The notes under the pieces were generated by a model. It saw only the letters and a list, made by a program, of their open reading frames with translations, did no database searches and was not told the origin of the DNA. The position numbers and the translations under genes were made by a program. Of a stretch of DNA of 43,246 nt, positions 9,006 to 18,726 are shown piece by piece. The stretch lies in the IMG/VR virus record IMGVR_UViG_3300001687_000037, one strand, 5' to 3'. The stretch's first letter is position 1. Every line of letters starts with the position of its first letter. Source of the DNA: a virus.

Positions 9006-10106
9006 ATGAACATTCAATTTGATGTAAGTAAGATAAAAAAGACATTAGAGCAAGCAAATGATCTTGCCCAGAGTCAAAATTTTGAGGGGAGTGAATTTAC
9101 CCCCGTGGCATTTTTGCCAAAAGGAACTCATGAGATCAAATTTTTCTTTGATCCCACATCCGAAATCATTAGGTATTTCGTTATGCATAAGGTAGGAAAG
9201 TTTAGAACTTTATGCCCAAGATTTGTAAAAGGTGAATTAGTACCTGATGAATGTTTACTCGATTTCTTAGGTAGTGACAAAGGACTTGGAAAGTGGAAAG
9301 AGTTAGGTGCCCGAAAGCAGTGTATGATTTATGGTAAATTAGTAGATACTAATAATCCTGGTGAATATTGGCAGAAGGGTAAAGTCTATGCTATCATTGG
9401 TTCACAAAGGTTGTGGAAAGCTATGACATCCCTATTAGGTATGGTGGATAAGAATAAGGAAGCTCAAGCTTATATTCTCAATATGTTGACCCCTAATCTT
9501 AATGGGCCAGTATGTAAAGTAGATGTTATTCCTGGTTCAGGTGGTGCTATAAATATTAGTAATTTACCTGGTAGCACTGATCCTGTTTTTACTGAGCCTC
9601 CTGAATGGTGGAAACCTTTAGGTGAAATTTATGTCTCAGGATCTTTTAATCCAGCAGATTATAAAAATACCGTAAAAGCTGGAATAGCTATGTTTAAGAA
9701 AGAGATAGTGGAAAAGGGATTTCATGAATCCAATCCTCTAATTGGTAGATTATTAGAAGAAGTTCTTGATGATGAGAAGAATCAGCCCCCAGAAGGTGGA
9801 GATCCTGGTTACAGAGGTAAAGCTGCAAATCAACCAGCACCACAACCAGCACCCATTAATTTGAGTGTATCTTCTTCACAGGCTGATGCTACACCAGCAA
9901 AACAAGAAGTTCCTGCTCCTGCACCAGTAGCATCAACTCCAACACCTGCACCAACACCTCAAGTTGCTAATCCAGCAGAACAACCCTCTGCTGAAATAAC
10001 TTGTGAGAAGTTTGGTCAATTTGATCCAAATCAACCAGGATGTATGGTTTGTAAAAATAATGTTGAGTGTATGAAGGTAGTTATTGATAAGGGAGGTAAG
10101 AAGTAA
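9006..10106 (+). CDS. gp32-like ssDNA-binding protein with Pro/Ala-rich linker and Cys-rich C-terminal module
   Basis: ATG 9006 after AGGAGAGG. N-terminal segment AFLPKGTHEIKFFFDP...HKVGKFRTLCPRF resembles the T4 gp32 core (RFLP...zinc His/Cys). Low-complexity PAPQPAP region, then C-x11-C-x2-C tail. Confidence 0.5.
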   Translation: MNIQFDVSKIKKTLEQANDLAQSQNFEGSEFTPVAFLPKGTHEIKFFFDPTSEIIRYFVMHKVGKFRTLCPRFVKGELVPDECLLDFLGSDKGLGKWKELGARKQCMIYGKLVDTNNPGEYWQKGKVYAIIGSQRLWKAMTSLLGMVDKNKEAQAYILNMLTPNLNGPVCKVDVIPGSGGAINISNLPGSTDPVFTEPPEWWKPLGEIYVSGSFNPADYKNTVKAGIAMFKKEIVEKGFHESNPLIGRLLEEVLDDEKNQPPEGGDPGYRGKAANQPAPQPAPINLSVSSSQADATPAKQEVPAPAPVASTPTPAPTPQVANPAEQPSAEITCEKFGQFDPNQPGCMVCKNNVECMKVVIDKGGKK

Positions 10107-10108
10107 GA

Positions 10109-10966
10109 ATGGTATTAAATTTTGATGGATCATATCTTCTCCATCGATGTAGACATACCATGAAAGAACCTGATTGGAGTAGAATGGCTGAAATGTTCTT
10201 GGAGAGGTTCATTTCAGCCTGTTTCTCCTATAAGCCCTCAAAAATTTTTGTTTTATGGGATAAAGAGTCTTCCAGAAGAAGACTTGACTTATACCACGAT
10301 TATAAAGGTAATAGAGAAGATGACCCAGAGTTTATTAAAGCTTATGATCAAGCTCGTGATATGCTCCATGTTAAGTTATCCTCTATAATGGTTAATTCAA
10401 TTCTGATCCCTGGATATGAGGCAGATGATTTAGCACAATTGGTTATGTTAAAATACCCAGAAGGGGGTATACACATCTCAGATGACAAGGATTGGTTTTT
10501 AAATATAAGTAAAACTTGGAAAGTTTATAGGGCTTTAGCACGAGAAGAGTGGGATTATATTAGGTTATCTGAAGAATTTGATACTGATATGATTTATGAG
10601 AAATATTTATATTTTAAAGCATTAATGGGGGACAAGAACGATAATGTTCCTGGAATTGATGGAATAGGCCCTGTTTATGCTAAAAAATATGCTGAAGTAT
10701 TACTCAATAAAGAAGAACTTGATGATAGTGTTAAAGGTCAATTGGTTAGAAATGGTTATGAAATCCTCCAAAGAAATTTAAGGATCTTTGATGTAAGATG
10801 GATTTTATATGATGAAGAGGTTAAAGAAGAGTTTAATAAACAACTTATAACAACAGCTAAAAATGTAGAGTTATTTGACTGGATAAGGTTCTGTAGGACT
10901 TTTGAGTCTGAGAATTTATTAGATGCTTGGATAAAGTGGACTGTTGTTATGAAAGGTTTGGTGTAG
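10109..10966 (+). CDS. 5'-3' exonuclease / flap endonuclease (T4 RNase H-like)
   Basis: FEN/PIN acidic motifs (GYEADDLAQL, DKDWF) and H3TH motif GIDGIGPVYAKKY. Confidence 0.7.
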   Translation: MVLNFDGSYLLHRCRHTMKEPDWSRMAEMFLERFISACFSYKPSKIFVLWDKESSRRRLDLYHDYKGNREDDPEFIKAYDQARDMLHVKLSSIMVNSILIPGYEADDLAQLVMLKYPEGGIHISDDKDWFLNISKTWKVYRALAREEWDYIRLSEEFDTDMIYEKYLYFKALMGDKNDNVPGIDGIGPVYAKKYAEVLLNKEELDDSVKGQLVRNGYEILQRNLRIFDVRWILYDEEVKEEFNKQLITTAKNVELFDWIRFCRTFESENLLDAWIKWTVVMKGLV

Positions 10967-11232
10967 TTGTGAGTTATTGTGTAACTGAATATATAGATAA
11001 AGAAACTGTTGGAGACCAGGAGTTTTGGGACGTTAGATTCGATACAATTGGAGAAGCTGAAATTGTAGCGGAGCATATATATAAAAACAGTCTTTATCAT
11101 GGAGAACGTGACTATTATGTAATGGTAGAAGAATATGATGAAATCTCAGATGAATTTTTTGAGATAGCTATTTTTACCTGTGATGGTTGGTATTATGATG
11201 AAGACATGGTAAACTTTTTTATGGAGTTTTAA
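10927..11232 (+). CDS. hypothetical acidic protein
   Basis: ORF 101 aa, start uncertain. Confidence 0.35.
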   Translation: MDKVDCCYERFGVVVSYCVTEYIDKETVGDQEFWDVRFDTIGEAEIVAEHIYKNSLYHGERDYYVMVEEYDEISDEFFEIAIFTCDGWYYDEDMVNFFMEF

Positions 11233-11233
11233 A

Positions 11234-12508
11234 ATGGATTTGGATAAAATAAGTGCGTCACAATTGATAGAAAATGACTATATGACATATGGGAGTTATG
11301 TCAATACTACCAGGGCTATTACTGGTTTAGATGGTCTTAAAACAGTACAGAGACGAATGTTATTGGCTTTAAGGGACGTTGCGTCAAATGGCTGGTCTTC
11401 CTCTGCTGCTGTAGTTGGACGGTGTATTGTTTATCATCCACACTCAGAACAGTATGATACTTTAGTAAAATTGGTCAATAATGGTTTTGCAGTTGGTAAA
11501 GGTGGGTTTGGGGGAAGGGGATTAGAGGATATAGATCCCTCACCCATGAGATATACTAAAGTAAAAGCCCATAAGAAGTTTAATGAGACAATCTTTAAAT
11601 TGGAACCATATGTGCCCCATTTTATAGATCATGATTTGGAAGAGCCTGTTTATCTCCCAGTCCCAGTCCCTTTGGGGCTAACAACAGGATCATCAGGGAT
11701 TGGTGTTGGTTTGAGAAATGAGATCCCCATTTTTGATATCAAGTCCCTTTTGAATGCTAAAAAGAAAGATGACCCAACATTGCTTAGGGGGCCTGAAGGA
11801 ACCCTTATAATAGCTGGTGATTTTGAAAGATTGTGGGAACAAGGAATTGGTTGGCTACAATATGGACTGAAATGTTATAAGCAGTGGTCTTCGATTGATG
11901 GAAAAGATGTTTCAGTAATTGAGGGATCATTACAAGCTTTTGTTCCTAAAGTATTGAAACAGTTTGGTAAGTTTGTTGAGGATGGGGCTGTTTATTATAG
12001 AGACGAGACAAGTTCTCAATTCAAAGTCGTTATAAGTAGAGTTAAGGGGATTAGAAGATTTACCGATGAGGATATTCATAAAAGATGTCAAAAGATTGCT
12101 AAGAAAACCTTTTATTATAAAATGTATGTTTCTCAGGATGGTGCTGCTAAACGTATAGGTTTACGAAGTTGGTTAGATCAGATGTGGAGTGCTTTTGAGA
12201 CTGCTGTTGATAATTATAAAAATGATAAGACTGAGCAAATAGATCACAAGATCTATATTTATAATCTTATTCCAAAAGTAGTGCCCTACTTACAAAAATC
12301 TACAGACACAGAGACTATAGCTAAAAATCTCAAAGTAGATAAAAAAGATGTTGCTGAAGTAGAATCAAAATCCCTTAGGTTACAAAGAAATGTAGATTTG
12401 GAAGAAATAATTGATGACTTAAAAATTGAGAAGGATAGAGTTAGTAAAATAAATGCTGATTCTATGTGTAAGACCTTCTTAGAAGCTTTGAAGAGTAAGG
12501 ATTCATAA
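11234..12508 (+). CDS. Type II DNA topoisomerase, medium/GyrA-like subunit (T4 gp52-like)
   Basis: DGLKTVQRRMLLAL matches the GyrA/ParC winged-helix DGLKPVHRR motif near the catalytic Tyr region; 424 aa; followed by GyrB-like gene with ATGA overlap. Confidence 0.75.
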   Translation: MDLDKISASQLIENDYMTYGSYVNTTRAITGLDGLKTVQRRMLLALRDVASNGWSSSAAVVGRCIVYHPHSEQYDTLVKLVNNGFAVGKGGFGGRGLEDIDPSPMRYTKVKAHKKFNETIFKLEPYVPHFIDHDLEEPVYLPVPVPLGLTTGSSGIGVGLRNEIPIFDIKSLLNAKKKDDPTLLRGPEGTLIIAGDFERLWEQGIGWLQYGLKCYKQWSSIDGKDVSVIEGSLQAFVPKVLKQFGKFVEDGAVYYRDETSSQFKVVISRVKGIRRFTDEDIHKRCQKIAKKTFYYKMYVSQDGAAKRIGLRSWLDQMWSAFETAVDNYKNDKTEQIDHKIYIYNLIPKVVPYLQKSTDTETIAKNLKVDKKDVAEVESKSLRLQRNVDLEEIIDDLKIEKDRVSKINADSMCKTFLEALKSKDS

Positions 12509-14520
12509 TGGATACATTAAAATGTGAAATAACTGGAAATGTTTGTGGGACTGATACCTGGATTGATGGGCATCCATGCAAGTGTAAAAACTGTCAAGCC
12601 TGGTTACAAATGACAAAACATAAGATTGATATTCTCGATAATTCCATTGATCATATTAGAAAAAGACCTGGTATGTATATAAGTGATATTTCCGATGCTC
12701 AGACTATATTTAAAGAGCTTATCGATAATGCTGTAGATGAAGTTCTTAATAATTATGGAAATAGGATAAACCTTGAGACTATAAAGCTTCCAAGTAAAAA
12801 CTATGGATATTTAGTCCAAGATAATTGTGGGGGAATACCCACATACCCAGTCTACAACTATAATAATCAGGTTGTTACTAAGTTACTTATAACCAAATCA
12901 TTTTCAAGTGGAAAGTTTGATAATGAGAGATATAAATATAGTGCTGGTACTCATGGACTTGGTTTAACTATTGTAAATGCCCTATCCAGTAAACTTATTA
13001 TATGTTCTCATGATAAGAATAATAAAAGAATATATCGTATTCAAACCAAGGAGGGTAAAGTTGTAGACGAGAGGTGGATTAATTATAAAGTAGATCCTAA
13101 AAGCAGTCCTGTCAATTTTACTCAATATAATCTTGGAAAAGGACTCGTGGGGGATGGTGGATCAATAGACACAGTAGAAAATATTTCTTTAACACTTCCC
13201 GAAGTCCCTTGGTGGTCTACCTCCGCATATTCAGAACCAGATGAGACTATATTTGAAACAACTAAGGCAAAGATAGTCTCTAAAAATTCATTGGAGTTAA
13301 TATCCTCTTTGTTAGGCACTAATGTAAGTCTCAATGGGAATCAGGTATCAAAATTTGATCCAAAGTCAGACCTGGAAAAAGAGGTTCTTACAGACCAGTA
13401 TTACTTTGTGGATGAAACTGTTGGATCTGTAAAAGTGATGATAGCTTTCTCTTGGAGTAAAGGAGATTATGATGAAGTTATAAGGGGGGCAGTAAATACT
13501 ACTCCATGTCATTTAGGACTTCATGTAAAAGAGGCCAGGTATGCTTTAGGTAAAGCTATAGAGAAAGTAGATGAGAGTATTACGGCTAATGATTGTAGAT
13601 ATGGTCTCAGGATGTTTGTAAGTGCTTTTGTTTCACAACCTATTTTTATTGGGCAAACTAAATATAAGTTATCAGAAGCAAAAGATTGGGACAAAAAAGA
13701 AGTTAGTGAATGTCTTATAAAGGCTTTTGATAAAATCTTAGAAGAGAATGAAGAGTTTAAGAGTGCCCTAATTAAAAGACTACTGGCCTGTAAAGAACAG
13801 TTTTCTCAATTGAGTGATATACAATATGTCAACTCGATTATTAAAAAGGGAAATGATAAGAGGGTAAAATATGGTGTAGGATCTGAAGTATATGAGTGTA
13901 CCTCCCCAAAAAGAGAAGAAACAGAACTCTTTATAGTAGAGGGGAAGGGTGCTGCTGGGAACCTTAACAAGAAAAGGAACAGAAAGATTCAGGCAATATT
14001 ACCCCTCAGAGGAAAGTTGTTAAATGTTCTAAAGTTAGAGGGGGATGTTAGAACAATCTTTGCTAATAATGAGATTGTGGCAATGGTAAAGACTATTGGT
14101 ATTGGAGTAGCTCCTGATGAAGATCTTAGTCAGTGTAGGTATGGTAAAATTTTCATTTGTACTGATGCAGATAGTGATGGAGCACAGATAGAAGCATTAG
14201 TATTGGGGGCTTTTACTTATTTAACTCCTATTTTATTTTCTGTGGGTAAGATCTATATTGTAGAAACTCCTTTGTATAAACAGGGTGGAAAGTTTATATG
14301 GGACGAAAAGGATCTCATAAAAGGTAAGAAGTGTGATAGATATAAAGGTCTCGGTTCTATGGATGCAGATGAATTATATGAAGCTGTGTTAGATCCAAAG
14401 ACAAGACGGATCAAACAAGTTACTCTGGATGATAAGGCGTATGTCATAGATATTATGAGTAAGTCACGAGAAAAGAGAGATATAATGATAAAGAATAAAA
14501 TTATAGTGGAGGATTTATAA
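12508..14520 (+). CDS. Type II DNA topoisomerase, large GyrB-like subunit (T4 gp39+gp60-like, unsplit)
   Basis: GHKL ATPase N-terminus (ELIDNAVDE, GLHGLGLT-like GTHGLGLT) and TOPRIM region (LFIVEGKGAAGN ... CTDADSDG); 670 aa. Confidence 0.75.
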   Translation: MDTLKCEITGNVCGTDTWIDGHPCKCKNCQAWLQMTKHKIDILDNSIDHIRKRPGMYISDISDAQTIFKELIDNAVDEVLNNYGNRINLETIKLPSKNYGYLVQDNCGGIPTYPVYNYNNQVVTKLLITKSFSSGKFDNERYKYSAGTHGLGLTIVNALSSKLIICSHDKNNKRIYRIQTKEGKVVDERWINYKVDPKSSPVNFTQYNLGKGLVGDGGSIDTVENISLTLPEVPWWSTSAYSEPDETIFETTKAKIVSKNSLELISSLLGTNVSLNGNQVSKFDPKSDLEKEVLTDQYYFVDETVGSVKVMIAFSWSKGDYDEVIRGAVNTTPCHLGLHVKEARYALGKAIEKVDESITANDCRYGLRMFVSAFVSQPIFIGQTKYKLSEAKDWDKKEVSECLIKAFDKILEENEEFKSALIKRLLACKEQFSQLSDIQYVNSIIKKGNDKRVKYGVGSEVYECTSPKREETELFIVEGKGAAGNLNKKRNRKIQAILPLRGKLLNVLKLEGDVRTIFANNEIVAMVKTIGIGVAPDEDLSQCRYGKIFICTDADSDGAQIEALVLGAFTYLTPILFSVGKIYIVETPLYKQGGKFIWDEKDLIKGKKCDRYKGLGSMDADELYEAVLDPKTRRIKQVTLDDKAYVIDIMSKSREKRDIMIKNKIIVEDL

Positions 14521-14888
14521 TGTTAATACAAAAAGACTCAGAACAAAAGGGGCCTAAAAAAGAAATGAGTGTATTAAAAGAGATGGATACATTCTTTGAA
14601 TTACATAGTAATCTTCAAAATACTGCAAATGATGTTTTAATTACTGATAAAGATGTTAAAGAAGTAGCAAGTATATTGGAAACATATGAAGAAGAATTAG
14701 GAAAATCAACAGTATTTATGTCTTCAGATACAGTTAAGAAACTTAAAAGGATATTGGCTAATTATATTGCTTTGGGTAGCCCTTGTGAAATATATTTAGC
14801 TCTTGATGTAGGATTTCAATTTTTAAGAAATCTTAAAAAGTATGGCCCAATTGGTCAACGCATTATTGATGAGATAAATCTAAAATGA
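14520..14888 (+). CDS. hypothetical protein
   Basis: ORF 122 aa, ATGA-coupled to topo gene. Confidence 0.45.
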   Translation: MLIQKDSEQKGPKKEMSVLKEMDTFFELHSNLQNTANDVLITDKDVKEVASILETYEEELGKSTVFMSSDTVKKLKRILANYIALGSPCEIYLALDVGFQFLRNLKKYGPIGQRIIDEINLK

Positions 14889-15121
14889 GCGATGATTGGG
14901 TAAAAGAGGCTAAAAGAATTCATGAAGAATTATTTAGTATTGCTGAATCAATCTTTGGAAAATGTAGAAACTTTACCAAAGAGGAACAGGCTAAAATTGA
15001 AGAACACAAGAGTAAGTGTTTTAAGAATAAGGCTAAAACAATAGAGAGGAAACGAATAATTCCTCTTAAGTTAGATGAGAAACATATGCTGGCCTTATGG
15101 TTTACGTGTCAGAATAATTAG
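14885..15121 (+). CDS. hypothetical protein
   Basis: ORF 78 aa. Confidence 0.4.
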   Translation: MSDDWVKEAKRIHEELFSIAESIFGKCRNFTKEEQAKIEEHKSKCFKNKAKTIERKRIIPLKLDEKHMLALWFTCQNN

Positions 15122-15138
15122 AGAGGTTATAGAGAAAT

Positions 15139-15513
15139 ATGACGTTAGATGATTTTAAAGAATTAACTATCAGTTTTATAGAGGAAAACTGCTATAATTT
15201 AATGTTCGGAGAAAAAAATAAAGAGTATGCCAGGGGACAAGATAAACTCCATAATTTTAAGAAAGCTGGTAGACGAAGAGGAAAATCCCCAGAGGAAGCT
15301 CTTGCTGGAATGTTGGAAAAACATTTGACTTCTATTGATGATATGGTTCAAGATCTTGAAAAAGAATTTCAGAATGGTAATGATCCAGAGATTAATCTTG
15401 ATAAATGGAAAGAGAAGTTAAGAGATGCTATCAATTATCACCTTCTTACCTGGGCTTTACTTAATGAAAGAGAATGGAATAGAGTAAAAAGAGATATGGG
15501 GGTAGATGATTGA
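15139..15513 (+). CDS. hypothetical protein
   Basis: ORF 124 aa, GAGAGG RBS. Confidence 0.45.
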   Translation: MTLDDFKELTISFIEENCYNLMFGEKNKEYARGQDKLHNFKKAGRRRGKSPEEALAGMLEKHLTSIDDMVQDLEKEFQNGNDPEINLDKWKEKLRDAINYHLLTWALLNEREWNRVKRDMGVDD

Positions 15514-16013
15514 GACAGCTTAATTTTGTAGACTTTACTCTTTGTATGATACTTAATGAAGATGATAGTCAAATATTGTTAGGTAAAAAAGAGAGAGGAG
15601 TCGGAAAAGGATATTGGAATGGTTTTGGAGGTCATATTGAGGATGGAGAAACCCTCACAGAAGCAGCTATAAGAGAGGTGTGGGAAGAAACTTCTTTAAT
15701 AGTATGTGTTAATTATCTCGATTTTATAGGTGTAAACTATTTTGTATTTCCAGAAAGTGAATCTATATTTAGAGTTTATAATTTTAAATATAATCAAAAA
15801 CAACCCCTTCTTGATTTTCTCCCTCATTGTGAAGATGGGGAATTCTTGGAATTTAAATGGTTTGGAGTAAATGATATTCCTTATGATAGAATGTGGCAGG
15901 ATGATAAATACTGGTTTCCTTATATGCTAAAAAAAGAATCTTTTGAGGGGTTTTACTTCTTTGATAGTTCCAATAATATGCAGTCATATTATATCAGATC
16001 GGGTATAGTGTAA
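15510..16013 (+). CDS. NUDIX hydrolase
   Basis: Canonical Nudix box GGHIEDGETLTEAAIREVWEETSL (GX5EX7REUXEEXGU). Confidence 0.8.
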   Translation: MRQLNFVDFTLCMILNEDDSQILLGKKERGVGKGYWNGFGGHIEDGETLTEAAIREVWEETSLIVCVNYLDFIGVNYFVFPESESIFRVYNFKYNQKQPLLDFLPHCEDGEFLEFKWFGVNDIPYDRMWQDDKYWFPYMLKKESFEGFYFFDSSNNMQSYYIRSGIV

Positions 16014-16069
16014 GAGATTTTAGTGAAAAAACTATTTAAAAAGTTAATAAACTGAAATTATCTTTTCGA

Positions 16070-16089
16070 CTATACCCGAACAGGTATAG
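16070..16089 (+). other. Perfect 7-bp hairpin (CTATACC-cgaaca-GGTATAG) 3 nt upstream of the RBS of gene 16104
   Basis: Inverted repeat read directly; no downstream T-tract, so not a classical terminator. Confidence 0.3.
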
Positions 16090-16103
16090 CTAAGGAGAGA
16101 AAT

Positions 16104-16958
16104 ATGGTTAGAAAAAGAACTGGTTTGATTAGATTCACGGAACCTCCAAAGGAACCTGAGAAGAAAAAAGAAGAAGAAAATAAAAAATCTGTAAAGGCTA
16201 AGAAATCTATCAAACCAAAAAGTAAAAAGACTTCTGTTAAGGAGAAAAAGAAGGAAGAAGAAGTTTATGAGGTGAAATTACCTATCAAGGAACCAATAGA
16301 ACTACCTAAAATAGATTTTACTAATGTTCCCTGTGTAGAACCTAAAATGCCCACAGTAACTAAAAAGAATGGATTTTGTTTAGGTAATGGTAATTCCAGG
16401 ATAGGATTAAATCTTAAAGAGCTTAAATATTTTGGTAAATTATATGCTTGTAATGCATATTACAGGGAACCCTTTAGTCCAGAACCAGACCTTTTAATCT
16501 CAGTAAATAAATCTATGATAGAAGAAGTAAAGGAAAATTACACTGGTAGATTCGCCTATTTGACCCATAGAGCTACCAGTTGTGAAAAACGAATAGTCAT
16601 AGATGGAAAACATTATAAGGACTGTCCTGGGTGGGCCTCTGGGCCTATTAGTGCTATGCTGATGTGTGACTTAGAAGACCCTGACAGAGTTTTTCTTATA
16701 GGACATGATTTATATAGCAAAACTGGGAAAGTTAATAATATTTATGCTGGGACTAAAAATTATGTAGATCAAAACCATGTACCTATACCACATAAAAATT
16801 GGGTTCACCAGTTGAGTGAAGTTTTTGAATATAACCCAGAGGTGAAATTTTATAGAGTAGTAAAAGAACTTGATGAAGTAGAAGAATGGAATAATATTAG
16901 GAATATTAAAATTATCACATTTGAAGAAATGTGGAAATTATTAAGAGAGGAAATATAG
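16104..16958 (+). CDS. DUF115 / CstII-like (GT42 sialyltransferase-fold, MptE-like) enzyme with Lys-rich N-terminal tail
   Basis: CLGNGNS...YACNAYYRE matches CstII AGNGPS...FRCNQFYFE. WASGPISAMLMCDLEDPDRVFLIGHDLY matches CstII TSGVYMCAVAIALGYKEIYLSGIDFY. Confidence 0.45.
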   Translation: MVRKRTGLIRFTEPPKEPEKKKEEENKKSVKAKKSIKPKSKKTSVKEKKKEEEVYEVKLPIKEPIELPKIDFTNVPCVEPKMPTVTKKNGFCLGNGNSRIGLNLKELKYFGKLYACNAYYREPFSPEPDLLISVNKSMIEEVKENYTGRFAYLTHRATSCEKRIVIDGKHYKDCPGWASGPISAMLMCDLEDPDRVFLIGHDLYSKTGKVNNIYAGTKNYVDQNHVPIPHKNWVHQLSEVFEYNPEVKFYRVVKELDEVEEWNNIRNIKIITFEEMWKLLREEI

Positions 16959-17260
16959 TGGATACTTGGGGAAAGTCTTATAGAATAAATAAAGAAGATA
17001 GTGTGTTTATTTGTTATTTTAATCTGGATTATGCTTTATATAGTAATGAATTTATTCACTTGACATTTGGGGGGAATACTTTAGATATTTTTCCAGTGAA
17101 TAATTTTATTCCTGGTTATATAGAATATGCTGAAAATAACATACATGCTATGTGTGCATATGTAGGAAAAGATCTTTTTGATATTATTATGGAAGATGTC
17201 AGAGTATGGATGAAACTCTGTGAAAACGAAGTAAGAGAACGTTTAGCTGGTGTATTGTAA
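16931..17260 (+). CDS. hypothetical protein
   Basis: ORF 109 aa. Confidence 0.45.
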   Translation: MEIIKRGNIVDTWGKSYRINKEDSVFICYFNLDYALYSNEFIHLTFGGNTLDIFPVNNFIPGYIEYAENNIHAMCAYVGKDLFDIIMEDVRVWMKLCENEVRERLAGVL

Positions 17261-18069
17261 TGTGGATTGTCCAGGATAATTTAATAAGTGAAAGTCAGTA
17301 CAAGCAATTTATAGAAGCATTACAAAATCTTGGAATTAAATATAAGCCTATTCAAATAATTCCTTTTTCTGATTTTTTACCTGAGGTTAAAGTAGATGAT
17401 TCAATAGTTATTCCTTATGGATCTACTACTTTTATAAGATTAGCATATGAAGACGGTTGGAAAGGGGTATTTTTTGACCATACTACTTTTAAAAGTAGTG
17501 TGTGGATAAAAGAACGAAGGGATATGTTAAATCAAGATGCTAAGATTTTATCTATTAAGGATACTTGTGAATTTTTAAGGAAGGAAGACCCAGAAGAGAT
17601 GTGGTTTGTTAGGCCAGATGATGATTTTAAATATTTCCCAGGATCGGTTGTAAGCAGTAGGGAATTTATAGATTGGGTAGATCCTAAAATGGATGAAAGA
17701 TGTATAATACCTTTTGAGATAGATGTTGAAAAAATTATATCTATTGCTCCTGCTAAAAATATTCAATATGAGTGGAGATATTTTATAGTTGGTGGTAAAA
17801 TTGTAGATGGAAGTGTTTATAGGATAGGTGGTCAACTTCATCAAGTTCATGAGGATGATAAAGAAGTAAATAAGAGAGCACAAGAATTAGCTGATATATG
17901 GCTACCTCATGAAAATGTAGTAATGGATTTAGCATTAGTAAATGATGAACTTAAAGTAACAGAATTCAATTGCCTAAATGCAAGTGGATATTATAAAAAT
18001 GATATAGCAAAAATAATAAAGGCTGTTGATGATTATATGAGGAATAAATATGGAATGGAAAATAATTGA
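17260..18069 (+). CDS. ATP-grasp fold enzyme (putative ligase)
   Basis: Pattern FVRPDDD...EWRYFIVGGKIVDGSVYR...ELKVTEFNCLNASG resembles the ATP-grasp central/C-terminal domain (E-x-N active-site motif). Confidence 0.45.
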   Translation: MWIVQDNLISESQYKQFIEALQNLGIKYKPIQIIPFSDFLPEVKVDDSIVIPYGSTTFIRLAYEDGWKGVFFDHTTFKSSVWIKERRDMLNQDAKILSIKDTCEFLRKEDPEEMWFVRPDDDFKYFPGSVVSSREFIDWVDPKMDERCIIPFEIDVEKIISIAPAKNIQYEWRYFIVGGKIVDGSVYRIGGQLHQVHEDDKEVNKRAQELADIWLPHENVVMDLALVNDELKVTEFNCLNASGYYKNDIAKIIKAVDDYMRNKYGMENN

Positions 18070-18352
18070 AGGTTATTCAAAATGTAATGAGGGGGATGTT
18101 TGTATCAATGAGGAAGCTACTTGTGAACATTGTGGAAAATTAGCACCTTTTACCCCAATTTTTTGTAATGGTTGTACATATTACTGTTATTGGTGTACAA
18201 TCACTGAAGAAACTATACCTGATGAATTGTGGGAAGAGATTCAGACAATAAGTCTTGGAAAACAATTGGCATATTATAAAAATAAAGTTACAGAAACAGA
18301 GGAAAAACTGAAGTGTATGTTAATGAAACAGATGAAGAAATTGAAAGATTAA
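18050..18352 (+). CDS. Cys-rich hypothetical protein
   Basis: ORF 100 aa with CEHCG...CNGC...CYWC. Confidence 0.45.
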   Translation: MEWKIIEGYSKCNEGDVCINEEATCEHCGKLAPFTPIFCNGCTYYCYWCTITEETIPDELWEEIQTISLGKQLAYYKNKVTETEEKLKCMLMKQMKKLKD

Positions 18353-18477
18353 ATGGTTTATGTGATGACCCAGATCCTAAAATTGCATTATTAGCTATGT
18401 ATATTGTAAAGATAATTAATGCTTGTGATCGGGAAGAAGAATATAAATGTGAGATGGGAGAAAGAGGATAATTACTA
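18313..18477 (+). CDS. possible small protein (GTG start), unannotated in ORF track
   Basis: 54-codon frame fills the 18353..18477 gap exactly and ends 1 nt before the next ATG; GAGGA RBS 9 nt upstream of GTG. Confidence 0.25.
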
Positions 18478-18726
18478 ATGGAAAGTAGACATTTTTACTA
18501 TAGTAAACTCTATAGTTATTATTTAAATCTTTATAGAGATAACATTATTAAAGGGAAAGAAGATGAAATAGAAGCTCGTCTTAATGAAATGGAAAAAGCG
18601 GATACTTATCAATTAAGGGAATTATATATACAGATGCTTCATTCTAAAGAAAATGGTAGACCCTTTGATATGGAACGTGATGGTGTTTCATTAGATGAAT
18701 TTTTAGAGGAAGATTATGATTATTAA
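18478..18726 (+). CDS. hypothetical protein
   Basis: ORF 82 aa. Confidence 0.45.
   Translation: MESRHFYYSKLYSYYLNLYRDNIIKGKEDEIEARLNEMEKADTYQLRELYIQMLHSKENGRPFDMERDGVSLDEFLEEDYDY

Noticed and set aside
9830-9990. Nucleotide-level tandem repeat (ccagcacc / acctgcacc) as a separate repeat element
   Set aside because: It is the coding sequence of the Pro/Ala-rich low-complexity linker of the SSB gene, in frame, not an independent repeat or CRISPR-like array.
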